Below the pieces are notes generated by a model that was given only the letters and a program-made list of their open reading frames with translations, was not told where the DNA came from and did no database searches. Below, one piece after another: positions 14,808 through 24,596 of a DNA stretch of 64,000 nucleotides. Within the stretch, counting starts at the first letter, position 1; every line of letters begins with the position of its first letter. The position numbers and the translations under genes were made by a program. Source of the stretch: an uncultured Alphaproteobacteria bacterium (GTDB lineage: Bacteria; Pseudomonadota; Alphaproteobacteria; HIMB59; GCA-002718135); NCBI GenBank assembly GCA_902571865.1, contig CACGDO010000006.1:13069-77068 (forward strand), in the 5' to 3' direction.

Positions 14808-15409
14808 TGAAGTTTAAATTTATTATTATTTTTTTTATAATCTTTATTTCAAAAAACCTATATTCTAATGAAACCTCAGAATGGCTTAAAAGAGAAATAG
14901 ACATTATTCTTGAAGCTTATAAAAATGAAAATCTATCAAATGAAAATAGATTTCTTTTAGTTGAAAAAACAATTAATGATAATTTTGCTGGGACTGGTAT
15001 TGCTAAATTTGTTGCAGGAGAAGCTTGGAAAAAATCCGATAAAAATACAAAAAAAATCTACATTGATAATTTTAAACGCCATTTAGCTCTAAATATAGCT
15101 TCAATGATGCAAGGTTATTCAGATCAAACATATGAGTTAACAAAATCAAAATATGACAACAAAAACCAAGTTACTTTAATTGATATGGAGATTTTTTCAG
15201 ATACTGGATCAGTTGTTGTAACATGGCGAGTAAAAGAATCAAAAGATCGATTTTATATTATTGATTTAATTGTTGCAGATATTTCTTTAGTAGTAACAAA
15301 AAGATCAGAATTTAATTCTATGTTAAAAAAAGTTGATTATGATCTTTCAAAATTTAATGAAGTTTTATTTGATCAAAACCTAGAAAGTTATCAGAAGATT
15401 ACTGAATAA
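14807..15409 (+). CDS. mlaC: phospholipid-binding periplasmic protein MlaC/Ttg2D family
   Basis: Signal peptide and Tol-tolerance-type pattern (FxxHLAxxxA...W...IIDLIVADISLVVTKRSEF). Adjacent to mlaA. Confidence 0.7.
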   Translation: MKFKFIIIFFIIFISKNLYSNETSEWLKREIDIILEAYKNENLSNENRFLLVEKTINDNFAGTGIAKFVAGEAWKKSDKNTKKIYIDNFKRHLALNIASMMQGYSDQTYELTKSKYDNKNQVTLIDMEIFSDTGSVVVTWRVKESKDRFYIIDLIVADISLVVTKRSEFNSMLKKVDYDLSKFNEVLFDQNLESYQKITE

Positions 15410-15431
15410 TACCTAATAAAATTCTCAATAA

Positions 15432-16556
15432 TTAAATTTTTAAATTTTTTATTTCTTCTTCGGTTAATATTGCAGGTTGATTAGGGTTGGTTGATAGTTG
15501 GTAAGATTTGCTTTCCTCAGCCGATTTTATAATTCCATCCATAATTTCTAGAACATGTAGAGATAATTCAAGAGAACATCTTGCTTTTCGATTATTAGAT
15601 ATGGAATCAATCATTTCTGAGAGTCCTATTCCTCTATAATTTGCTTTTTTGTTACCCTCTCCGTCACTCTTGTTAGGAATACCTAACAACATGTTATCAT
15701 TATTTATAGTTTCCCAATCACTATCTTTTTGGGAAATTAACAAATCACCACTAAAAAAATTTGGATCGGGGACTATCATTGAACCATCAAGTCCATAAAG
15801 TTCAATTGTTGAATGGTTATTTTTCCAGACATCCCAAGTACAAAAAAACTGTACTTTTGCGCCATTTTGAAACTCTAAAGAACCCATCAGAGTTGTTGGT
15901 GTTTCAACTTTAATTTTATCTCCATATCTAGGTTTACTAGTTATTATTCTTTCATTTGTAGCAGTTCCACTGATTGCGTTTATTTGTTTAACTGGTCCAA
16001 TTAAGTTAACTAATTGAGTAATATAATAAACACCAACATCAAAAACTGGTCCAGCTCCAGGTTTAAAGAAAAAATCTGGATTAGGGTGCCAATGCTCCAT
16101 TCCATGAGACATCAAATTAAATGTACCTAAAACAATTTTACCTATCTTATTGTCTTCAATTAATTTTCTAGCTTTTTGACCTGCCGCTCCAAGAAAAGTA
16201 TCGGGTGCGCATCCAACATATAAACCCTTTTCATTTGCTAATTTTTGTATCTCTAAACCTTCTTGAAAATTCATTGCTAATGGCTTTTCACTAAAACAGT
16301 GCTTTCCATTTTGTAGTGATTTTGCAATAATTTCTTTATGGGCAGATGGAATTGTTAAATTAATAATTAAATCAATTTCATTATTTTCTAAAATTTCATC
16401 AACTGATAACGCTTTAACATTATATTTAGATGCAGCATTAGATGCAGCTTCATTATTAATATCGGCACAAGCAACTATTTTAAAATTATTAAATATTTTT
16501 TGACACTCAAAATAAGTTTCAGAAATATTTCCACAGCCAACAATACCAATATTCAT
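15432..16556 (-). CDS. Gfo/Idh/MocA family NAD(P)-dependent oxidoreductase
   Basis: N-terminal Rossmann IGIVGCGNIS and the EKP motif (FSEKPLA). Confidence 0.85.
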   Translation of the reverse strand: MNIGIVGCGNISETYFECQKIFNNFKIVACADINNEAASNAASKYNVKALSVDEILENNEIDLIINLTIPSAHKEIIAKSLQNGKHCFSEKPLAMNFQEGLEIQKLANEKGLYVGCAPDTFLGAAGQKARKLIEDNKIGKIVLGTFNLMSHGMEHWHPNPDFFFKPGAGPVFDVGVYYITQLVNLIGPVKQINAISGTATNERIITSKPRYGDKIKVETPTTLMGSLEFQNGAKVQFFCTWDVWKNNHSTIELYGLDGSMIVPDPNFFSGDLLISQKDSDWETINNDNMLLGIPNKSDGEGNKKANYRGIGLSEMIDSISNNRKARCSLELSLHVLEIMDGIIKSAEESKSYQLSTNPNQPAILTEEEIKNLKI

Positions 16557-17329
16557 TAAATTGTTTCTAAATATTCTAAAGATTTGGTTGTGTATTCTTT
16601 ATAATCTTTTGGATCATCGTGTTCCAAGACAAAAACTTCACATGGTGTTTTTTTAACTTCAGAAATTAGTTTAGGCCAATCAATAAAACCTTCTCCTACA
16701 GCAGACTGTTCACTGTGTTCTAATAGGTTTTTACTTTGATCATAAAAATCTTTTAAGTGACATCCAATGATTTTATTTGAATATTTTTGTATCCAAGGAA
16801 TAGGATCTGCACCGCCCGCTATTGTCCAGCCAAGATCAATTTCTAATTTTAATTTTTCATTATGATCCATCATACATTCAATTGGCAATTTTCCACTTGG
16901 AAGTGCTTTAAATTCATAAGAATGATTATGATAACCAAGTGTTAATCCAGCATCTTCAAAGGTACTAACATGAGAAGATAATTTTTTTCCAAAATCCATC
17001 CACTCTTCCTCATCCATATCAAATGTATTTTTAAACTCAGCATCTTTTCTAGCTGGAGGAGCCGGTACAATAATATGTTTGATGTTCATTGTATTTGCAC
17101 GATTAATGATATTGTTAGAATCACTTAGAGATTCAAAACCAACATGAGTAGACTTTGATGTAATATTTGATTGATCCATCATTGATTTAAACTCATCAAT
17201 ATTCATTGATTCTAAGCCAAAAAGTTCGATATTAACAATACCTGAGTTTGATAAAAATTTTAGTATTGGTTCATATGGCTGAAAATGTCTAGTGGTATAA
17301 AGCTGCATTGTAACATCTTGTTTATTCAT
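16556..17329 (-). CDS. sugar phosphate isomerase/epimerase (xylose-isomerase-like TIM barrel)
   Basis: GYHNHSYEF and LEHD motifs. I prefer the ATG at 17329 (MNKQDV...), 1 nt after the upstream ATPase stop, over the track start at 17359. Confidence 0.75.
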   Translation of the reverse strand: MNKQDVTMQLYTTRHFQPYEPILKFLSNSGIVNIELFGLESMNIDEFKSMMDQSNITSKSTHVGFESLSDSNNIINRANTMNIKHIIVPAPPARKDAEFKNTFDMDEEEWMDFGKKLSSHVSTFEDAGLTLGYHNHSYEFKALPSGKLPIECMMDHNEKLKLEIDLGWTIAGGADPIPWIQKYSNKIIGCHLKDFYDQSKNLLEHSEQSAVGEGFIDWPKLISEVKKTPCEVFVLEHDDPKDYKEYTTKSLEYLETI

Positions 17330-17330
17330 A

Positions 17331-18404
17331 TTAAATTCTCTCCTCAGACTTACTATCAAATATAGAAGATTTATTTATATCAAAAGAGATACTTATTTCA
17401 TCATTTAAATTAAAATTTGAGCTTCCTTCTAGTCTAATAGATATTGGATTACCCTCAACACTAGTCCAAACAAGAGTATCTGCCCCCATAGGCTCCACTA
17501 ATTCAACTTTACATTGAATAGAATTTTCATTTTGTTCTATATTTATGTTTTCTGGTCTAATCCCAAACACAACCTCTTGATCATTCATCAAATTATTTAT
17601 GTTTTCATATTTAGAGATATCAATTTGTTTTTTTCTAACAATTATATTTTGATTTGATTTATCAAATTTAGCATTTAAAAAATTCATGCTTGGAGATCCA
17701 ATAAACCCGGCCACAAATAAATTAGCTGGTTTGTTATAAATTTGTTTAGGTGTATCTAATTGCTGTATTAATCCATCTTTCATAACAGATATACGGTCCG
17801 CAAGCGTCATAGCTTCTATTTGATCATGAGTAACGTAAATCATAGTATTTGATAAATCTCTATGAAGTTTTTTAATTTCATAGCGTAGTTCAGCTCTTAA
17901 TTTTGCATCAAGATTACTTAAAGGTTCGTCAAATAAAAAAACTTTTGCATCTCTAACCAAAGCTCTACCAATAGCAACACGCTGCCTTTGACCTCCAGAG
18001 AGTTGAGAAGGTTTTCTTTTAAGTAATTCATTTATTTGAAGGAGATTTGCAGCTTTTTTAATTTTTTCATTAATTAAATTTTTCGCTGTACCCATCATTC
18101 TCAAACCAAATGATAAATTTTTCTCAACAGTCATACTCGGGTACAATGCGTATGATTGGAATACCATTCCTATATGTCTATCTTTTGGTTCTTTCCATGT
18201 TACGTTATCATCTTCAATCCAAATCTGTCCATCAGTTAAATCTAGAAGTCCTGCAATACAATTTAAAAGAGTTGTTTTTCCACAACCTGAAGGGCCAAGT
18301 AAAACCATAAATTCACCCTCTCTTATATCAAGGCTTAAATCTTTTAAAATTTCAGTTTTACCATAACTGAATGAGATATTTTTAACTTCTACATTATTTT
18401 TCAT
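17331..18404 (-). CDS. sugar ABC transporter ATP-binding protein (MalK/UgpC/MsmX type)
   Basis: Walker A GPSGCGKTT, signature LSGGQRQR, Walker B FLFDEP, and a C-terminal TOBE-like regulatory domain. Confidence 0.9.
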   Translation of the reverse strand: MKNNVEVKNISFSYGKTEILKDLSLDIREGEFMVLLGPSGCGKTTLLNCIAGLLDLTDGQIWIEDDNVTWKEPKDRHIGMVFQSYALYPSMTVEKNLSFGLRMMGTAKNLINEKIKKAANLLQINELLKRKPSQLSGGQRQRVAIGRALVRDAKVFLFDEPLSNLDAKLRAELRYEIKKLHRDLSNTMIYVTHDQIEAMTLADRISVMKDGLIQQLDTPKQIYNKPANLFVAGFIGSPSMNFLNAKFDKSNQNIIVRKKQIDISKYENINNLMNDQEVVFGIRPENINIEQNENSIQCKVELVEPMGADTLVWTSVEGNPISIRLEGSSNFNLNDEISISFDINKSSIFDSKSEERI

Positions 18405-18406
18405 TA

Positions 18407-19288
18407 TTACCCCTTAATTGCTCCAGCTGCTATTCCTCTTACAAACCATCTTCCTGATATAAAATAAACAAAAAGTGGAACAAGTGATGTTAAAATAGTT
18501 GCAGACATATCTACATTATATTCTGCAACTCCATAGTCAACTTGCACAATATTATTTAATTGAACTGTCATTGGTTGATTGTCTCTTCCTGCAAAAACTA
18601 ATCCTAGAAGAAAATCATTCCAAATTCCAGTAACTTGAAGAATGACGGCTACAATAGTTATAGGGGCAGACATTGGGATAATAACATATAAAAATATTTT
18701 TATAAAATTACCTCCATCAATTCTTGCGGCTTTAAAAAGATCTATTGGTAGACTCGTATAAAAATTCCTAAATATTAGTGTTAGTATAGGCATACCAAAA
18801 ATTGTATGAACTAAAATTATTCCTGGTAGAGTTGAATAAATACCAAGTGCATCTTCTATTTTAAGCAGAGGATAAACCATTACTTGATAAGGAATAAAAG
18901 CACCAAACATACATAGACCAAAAAAGAAATAAGCACCCTTAAAACGCCAAAAAGCTAAAGCATAGCCATTTATTGCACTTAGACCAACAGAGACAATAAC
19001 ACTTGGTACAGTAATTTTAATTGAATTAAAAAAACCTGGTTTTAAACCTTCACAAACAAATCCAGTACAAGCCTGAGACCAGGCTTTAGGCCAAGAATAA
19101 AAACTTAGTTCTTTTGGCAAATTTAAAATATTTGCAGCTCTGATTTCATCCATATCTTTTAAGGATGTGATAATCATTACATATAACGGCATTAAAAAAA
19201 ACAAAGCGCATGTTAAAATAAAACAATACATCCCAATTCTTCCGATAGTTAAATGTTTTGGACGAGGTCCTGAAGGTATAGCACTCAT
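18407..19288 (-). CDS. carbohydrate ABC transporter permease (MalG-like)
   Basis: 6-TM permease with an EAA-type loop (AARIDGGNFIKIFLYVIIP). Confidence 0.85.
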   Translation of the reverse strand: MSAIPSGPRPKHLTIGRIGMYCFILTCALFFLMPLYVMIITSLKDMDEIRAANILNLPKELSFYSWPKAWSQACTGFVCEGLKPGFFNSIKITVPSVIVSVGLSAINGYALAFWRFKGAYFFFGLCMFGAFIPYQVMVYPLLKIEDALGIYSTLPGIILVHTIFGMPILTLIFRNFYTSLPIDLFKAARIDGGNFIKIFLYVIIPMSAPITIVAVILQVTGIWNDFLLGLVFAGRDNQPMTVQLNNIVQVDYGVAEYNVDMSATILTSLVPLFVYFISGRWFVRGIAAGAIKG

Positions 19289-20169
19289 TAGTTTGCCGCG
19301 TATTTATTTCTTAAATAAAATTCATAAAATGCCCATGGTGCAAGTATACATACAACTGAAATAAACATGATTATCGATGCTGCAAATGCCTGTCCTAAAT
19401 TTGCTCTACTAAAAAAATTTTCCATAACGTACATAGCGGGTGTAGTTGTTGCATAACCGGGGCCGCCAGATGTTAATGCCAAAATTAAATCATAAACTTT
19501 AACTACTCCAGCAGCAATTAAAACTATAGCTGTAACAACCATTGGCCTAAGCATTGGTAGAATTACAAATAAATAAGATTTCCATTTTGCTACTCCTTCA
19601 ATACTTAATGATTTCCAAATATCTTCATCGATACCTCTGAGACCTGCTAACATTAGAACCATCACAAATCCTGCACCTTGCCAAACAGCGGCAATACAAA
19701 CTGCATAAATTGCTAAATCTCTATTAACTAACCAGTCAAGCTCAAACCAACCAAATCCCCACATATGCATCGAGTTTTCTAATCCAAAGGTAGGGTTTAG
19801 AACCCATTTCCAAACTAAGCCTGTTACGACAAATGACATTGCATAAGGATATAAAAATATAGTTCTAAATAAACTTTCTCCTCTAATTTTTTGATCAATC
19901 AATACTGCGAGTAGAAAACCTATTACTAGACATCCAATTGTAAATACAAAACCATAGATAAAAATATTTTCGACTGCTACATCCCATTTTCTTTGTTTAA
20001 ATAATCTTTCATACTGATCAAAACCAACATAGTTCATGACAGGAACTAATTTGGAGTTAGTTAAAGAATAAACAAATGAATAAATAATACATCCAACAAA
20101 GACCGTTAATGATATTACAATCATTGGAAGCAAAGCTATCATTGATGCAATATTTCTAAATAGAGGCAT
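19288..20169 (-). CDS. carbohydrate ABC transporter permease (MalF-like)
   Basis: 6-TM permease with the EAA loop SLSIEGVAKWKSYLFVILP. Confidence 0.85.
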   Translation of the reverse strand: MPLFRNIASMIALLPMIVISLTVFVGCIIYSFVYSLTNSKLVPVMNYVGFDQYERLFKQRKWDVAVENIFIYGFVFTIGCLVIGFLLAVLIDQKIRGESLFRTIFLYPYAMSFVVTGLVWKWVLNPTFGLENSMHMWGFGWFELDWLVNRDLAIYAVCIAAVWQGAGFVMVLMLAGLRGIDEDIWKSLSIEGVAKWKSYLFVILPMLRPMVVTAIVLIAAGVVKVYDLILALTSGGPGYATTTPAMYVMENFFSRANLGQAFAASIIMFISVVCILAPWAFYEFYLRNKYAAN

Positions 20170-20191
20170 ATCTAAATTAATTAAATTTATT

Positions 20192-20213
20192 AGAGCGGGT
20201 TTTAACCCGCTCT
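20192..20213 (-). terminator. intra-operon GC-rich stem-loop after the SBP gene (mRNA stabiliser or partial terminator)
   Basis: AGAGCGGG-ttttaa-CCCGCTCT (8-bp stem). No U-tract follows it in the transcription direction. Confidence 0.45.
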
Positions 20214-20225
20214 TAGTTAATATTG

Positions 20226-21470
20226 TTATAGTCCGCTTGTTAGAACACCTTCTAGATCATCCATTGCTTGTGCAACAGTATAATTAGGGTCATTTCTAAA
20301 TTCAGAGATAATATCGCTCCACGCAGCAGTAAATGCTGGTGTATTCCAATCATCACTTTCTCTCATAATTGCATCAGGATTTTGAATTAAATCTAAACCC
20401 ATTTGCATACAAGCATCAGCAGCAGAAGTATCAACATCAAGTCTCATAGGTAAAGAACCTTTAGCATTATTGAATTTAGCTTGTACAGTTGGATTAACCA
20501 TCATACTTGCCATTGCTAGTTGAGTATCTTTTACTTTTGGATCGTCATGTTTAGGAAAAACAAATACGTCACCACCAAGTGCAACATATTTTTCTTTTCC
20601 AGGGATTACACATGAATAATCTTTCATTGCTTCCATTCCAGCAACAGCGAATTCACCTCTTGCCCAATCTCCCATTACCTGCATAGCAGCTTTACCTTCG
20701 ATGACCATTGCAGTTGTATCATTCCATAATCTTCCTGGAGAACCCTCATCGGTAAATTGATTTAATTCTCTGTAAGTATTTAAAACTGATTCAAACCTAC
20801 CATCTCTAAATGCATCAACATCTTTATCTCTATAAACTGAACGCATTAATGGAAAGCCCATTATTGAAGATGCAACAACATCAAACATTCCTGATTCTTG
20901 CCAACCTTGTCCACCAAGAGCTAAAGGAATAATTCCCGCTTCTTGTATTTTTGGAGCACCAGCTAAAAATTCTTCAAATGTTTGAGGAACTGGAAGACCA
21001 ACTTGTTTGTATACGTCGTTGTTAATCCACATCCATTGCCAACTATGGATATTTACTGGAACACAATAAAATTCACCTTCAAATTCGCAAGTTTCAATTA
21101 ATTCAGGTGGATAAATAAAATCTCTCCATCCTTCAGCAGATGCAACTTCTTCAAGTGATTGAAGTAAGCCTTGCTCGACTAAGTCTACAAATTGTTTTGA
21201 AATATTAAACTGTGCTGCAGTTGGTGGGTTACCACCTATAATTCTGTTTACAGTTGTTCCTCTTGCATTGTCTCCACCAGTAATAGCAGTATCAATCCAA
21301 GTATTACCCATCTCTTGCCAAGCTTCTGCAAACTGAGAAATAGCAGCTTGTTCTCCACCAGATGTCCACCAGTGAATAACTTCAGCTTCCATGTGGCCAG
21401 CTGCCTTGGAAGCGTTAGTAAAAGATAGGGGTACAAATATAGTTAATAATATTGAAAAAAATTTTTTCAT
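20226..21470 (-). CDS. sugar ABC transporter substrate-binding protein (family 1)
   Basis: 414 aa with a signal peptide. First gene of the SBP-permease-permease-ATPase operon. Preceded by the AAGGGAGGAAA Shine-Dalgarno. Confidence 0.85.
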   Translation of the reverse strand: MKKFFSILLTIFVPLSFTNASKAAGHMEAEVIHWWTSGGEQAAISQFAEAWQEMGNTWIDTAITGGDNARGTTVNRIIGGNPPTAAQFNISKQFVDLVEQGLLQSLEEVASAEGWRDFIYPPELIETCEFEGEFYCVPVNIHSWQWMWINNDVYKQVGLPVPQTFEEFLAGAPKIQEAGIIPLALGGQGWQESGMFDVVASSIMGFPLMRSVYRDKDVDAFRDGRFESVLNTYRELNQFTDEGSPGRLWNDTTAMVIEGKAAMQVMGDWARGEFAVAGMEAMKDYSCVIPGKEKYVALGGDVFVFPKHDDPKVKDTQLAMASMMVNPTVQAKFNNAKGSLPMRLDVDTSAADACMQMGLDLIQNPDAIMRESDDWNTPAFTAAWSDIISEFRNDPNYTVAQAMDDLEGVLTSGL

Positions 21471-21505
21471 TATTTTCCTCCCTTTTTTAAATAATTTGAC
21501 AATTT

Positions 21506-21521
21506 AGTAAAACGTTTTACT
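21506..21521. promoter_or_regulatory. candidate LacI-family operator (perfect 16-bp palindrome)
   Basis: AGTAAAACGTTTTACT with a central CG, flanked by inverted TTGACA hexamers at 21496-21501 (+) and 21522-21527 (-). It lies in the divergent SBP/lacI intergenic region. Confidence 0.6.
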
Positions 21522-21569
21522 TGTCAAGCCAAATAGTATTATTTAATTTAATTAATAGATTTTAGTATT

Positions 21570-22607
21570 ATGAAGAAAAACAAGAAAATAAATATTGTTG
21601 CTTTATCTCAAAAATTAGGTTTATCAGTGAGTTCAGTATCAAGAGCACTGAATGGATATGACAATATATCACAGAAAACAAAAGATAAAATTTTTAAAAC
21701 AGCTAAAAAATATAACTATTTTCCCGATTTAAATGCCAAAAGATTAGCTTCCAAAAAAACGGATACGATTGCTTTTATATCATCCATAGATCCTGACGCA
21801 CCAGATCACGTTGTTTTACAGTTTCTTGCAGGAATTACTCTTGGGATAAAAAATACAAATACTGAATTAATAACAAAATTTTGCTTAAATGAAGATGAAG
21901 AAATGAATTATTTCAAAAAACTCATTAGCACAGGTCAAGCAGATAAATTTATATTTTATAAAATTAAAAAAAATGACGAAAGAGTTCATTTCTTAAACCA
22001 AAGAGGAATCAAATTTGTGACTTGGGGTAGAACTAACAAACAAACAGAGCATGCTTGGATTGATCTGGATAATAAGAAAAGTATTGAACTGTTAATGGAT
22101 AAGCTTTCAAATAATGGTCATAAAAGAATTGCTTTTATCAATGTTCATCGCAGTTTTAATTATGGTGCACAACGAAAAGCCGCTTATGAAAGTTCGATGA
22201 AAAATTTACAACTACAATATTCAAATGAATATTATCAAGATAGTTTAATCGAAACTGTTGAGTCAGGATCAGCCATAACAAAGTATTTATTAAGTTTAAA
22301 AAAACCTCCTACTGCTATAATTTGTTCTCATCTTCGTTTTTTTACAGGATGTTTATTGAAATGTCAGGATATGAAATTAGAAATTGGAAAAGATATTTCT
22401 GTGGTAGGATTTAATGATCAAGATAGTTATTTAAGCTCTCAAAATCTTACATATATTTCACACCCATTAATGGAAATGGGAAAACAATCGGTAAAAATTT
22501 TACAGAACCTAGAACAAGATATATCAATAAAAAAAGTATCCACTTTGATTAACCCAATATTAAATGAAGGAACAAGTCACAAAATTAAAAAAACTAAATT
22601 AAGATAA
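21570..22607 (+). CDS. LacI family transcriptional regulator
   Basis: N-terminal HTH (IVALSQKLGLSVSSVSRALNG) and a periplasmic-binding-protein-like effector domain. Confidence 0.9.
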   Translation: MKKNKKINIVALSQKLGLSVSSVSRALNGYDNISQKTKDKIFKTAKKYNYFPDLNAKRLASKKTDTIAFISSIDPDAPDHVVLQFLAGITLGIKNTNTELITKFCLNEDEEMNYFKKLISTGQADKFIFYKIKKNDERVHFLNQRGIKFVTWGRTNKQTEHAWIDLDNKKSIELLMDKLSNNGHKRIAFINVHRSFNYGAQRKAAYESSMKNLQLQYSNEYYQDSLIETVESGSAITKYLLSLKKPPTAIICSHLRFFTGCLLKCQDMKLEIGKDISVVGFNDQDSYLSSQNLTYISHPLMEMGKQSVKILQNLEQDISIKKVSTLINPILNEGTSHKIKKTKLR

Positions 22608-23555
22608 ATTTAACCAATTAATTTCTTCTTTTGTTAATTCTATATCTAAGCAAGGTAGTGTTGTGTCAAGCTCATCAATTGTTCGTGGTCCAATTAATGC
22701 AAATGATGGAAAAGATTGATTGATGGTCCAGCTTGCTGCAATATTATGTGCAGTACATCCTTTTTTTTCAGCTAGTTCCATTGCTCTTTTTTTTCTTTCT
22801 CTATTATCTTCGCTATCATAACAACTAATAGGACCACTTGAGTTCTCACCTGGTGCTCTATAAGTTTCTGCTTTAGTAATTTTATCTTCAATTTCTTTTG
22901 TAATAGCATCAGGTAAAAAATAACCTCTTGCCTGACTAGACCAAGACATGTGAGATTTTTGAGTAGAATGTAGATACTCTAATGTTTCATTAACATTAGA
23001 TGACAAACAACCATTCCAAAGTGGATTAATCATTTTAGCAAGAGCTAAATTATTATTAAGGATAGACATTTCTTGTTTATTATTTTTTTGTGCCCATTCA
23101 TTTCCTTCTTTAAATCTTTCAATAGTCCAGTTTGAACCACCAAATATTTTTATTCTCCCCTTTTCTTTTTCTTGATTTAAAATATCCATAAATTCTTCTA
23201 CAGGATAATCAGGATTATCTCGGTGCATAATATAGATATCAACATAATCGGTATTCATTCTTTCAAGAGAGATTGTTAATTGTTTTGAAATAGCTTCAGG
23301 ATTGCAATCAGGGGTATGTGCTCCCTTGCCAAGTATTAAGACATCTTTTCTATTATTATTATTTTTTAACCATTCACCAAAAACTTTTTCATGATTACCA
23401 CCGCCATAAATAAATGCAGTATCAAACATATTGCCACCAACTTCAATCCAATGATCCCATAACTTTGAAGCTTCATTAATATCATCTTGGTTATCACATC
23501 CCATAACAAGTTTAGAAATGTCTTTATCTATTCCTTCTATTCTATCGTATTTCAT
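22599..23555 (-). CDS. aldo/keto reductase
   Basis: FDTAFIYGGGNHEKVFGEW motif, 318 aa. 4-nt overlap with the upstream oxidoreductase. Confidence 0.85.
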   Translation of the reverse strand: MKYDRIEGIDKDISKLVMGCDNQDDINEASKLWDHWIEVGGNMFDTAFIYGGGNHEKVFGEWLKNNNNRKDVLILGKGAHTPDCNPEAISKQLTISLERMNTDYVDIYIMHRDNPDYPVEEFMDILNQEKEKGRIKIFGGSNWTIERFKEGNEWAQKNNKQEMSILNNNLALAKMINPLWNGCLSSNVNETLEYLHSTQKSHMSWSSQARGYFLPDAITKEIEDKITKAETYRAPGENSSGPISCYDSEDNRERKKRAMELAEKKGCTAHNIAASWTINQSFPSFALIGPRTIDELDTTLPCLDIELTKEEINWLNLS

Positions 23556-24595
23556 ATTTCATCCTGTGGTAATTTATAATTTACTTTTTCTCTCCATGTA
23601 TCAAGAGCTTGAAGATTGCCTAATGTATCTTCCCAAGTCATTGCTGGGTGAGGTGGTTGTATTTTTTCCTTTGCAATACACTGGCTTGCAAGTTCTCCTT
23701 CAAAGAAAAATAAATGTTCTGGTCCTTTAACATCAGTTACTTCTTCATTACCATTTTTACTAATAATGATTTTTGCATGATAAGGACCTCCTTGTCTTCC
23801 TGGCATCCATGGATCGGGTAATTCGATAGTACCTTCAGAGCCTGTAATAATAGCATTATTTTTCATGCTTTCTCTAATTGCAGTTGAGACTTTGGCTTTA
23901 ATTCCATTTTTAAATTCTAAATTGGCATGAGCAACTTCATCAACTCCTGTTTCCCCTATTCTTGCTTCAGCATCTATAAAAGTAGGCTCTAAAAACTTTT
24001 CTCCTGTTGCAACACCTGCAATTAACCTAGAAAAAGAAATAGGATATAAACCAACATCCAATATACCACCGCCTGCAAGGTTTTTATTAAACAATCTGTG
24101 ATCAGGTATTGTTTTACCCATATCAAAACCAAAAGAAGCTTCAATAGATGTTATATCCCCTATTGTTTTATTTTTAATTACTTCTAATAGTTTTGGAATT
24201 TGAGGATGACAACGATACATAAAGCCTTCCATATAAAAAACTCCAGCTTCTTTTACTGCCTCTATAATTTTTTTACCTTGGTTTAAATTTACAGCTCCTG
24301 GTTTTTCACAAAGAACATGCTTTCCTTTACCTGCAGCTTTGATTGTCCATTCAGCATGCAAAGTATGTGGTGTAGAAATATAAATAGCATCAATATGTTC
24401 TGAATTTATAATATCTTCATAATTATCAAATCTAAAATCAGGATGAATATCATATTTATCACCAAAGGTTTTTCGACGGTCTTCATTTTTACTAGCTATA
24501 CTTACGAGTTGACCCGAGTAAGAGTCTTTTAATCCATCTGCAAAATTATTAGCTATATTACCTGGTCCAATAATTCCCCATTTAATTTTTTCCAT
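23552..24595 (-). CDS. Gfo/Idh/MocA family oxidoreductase
   Basis: WGIIGPGNIA Rossmann motif and the CEKP motif. Confidence 0.85.
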   Translation of the reverse strand: MEKIKWGIIGPGNIANNFADGLKDSYSGQLVSIASKNEDRRKTFGDKYDIHPDFRFDNYEDIINSEHIDAIYISTPHTLHAEWTIKAAGKGKHVLCEKPGAVNLNQGKKIIEAVKEAGVFYMEGFMYRCHPQIPKLLEVIKNKTIGDITSIEASFGFDMGKTIPDHRLFNKNLAGGGILDVGLYPISFSRLIAGVATGEKFLEPTFIDAEARIGETGVDEVAHANLEFKNGIKAKVSTAIRESMKNNAIITGSEGTIELPDPWMPGRQGGPYHAKIIISKNGNEEVTDVKGPEHLFFFEGELASQCIAKEKIQPPHPAMTWEDTLGNLQALDTWREKVNYKLPQDEI

Positions 24596-24596
24596 A

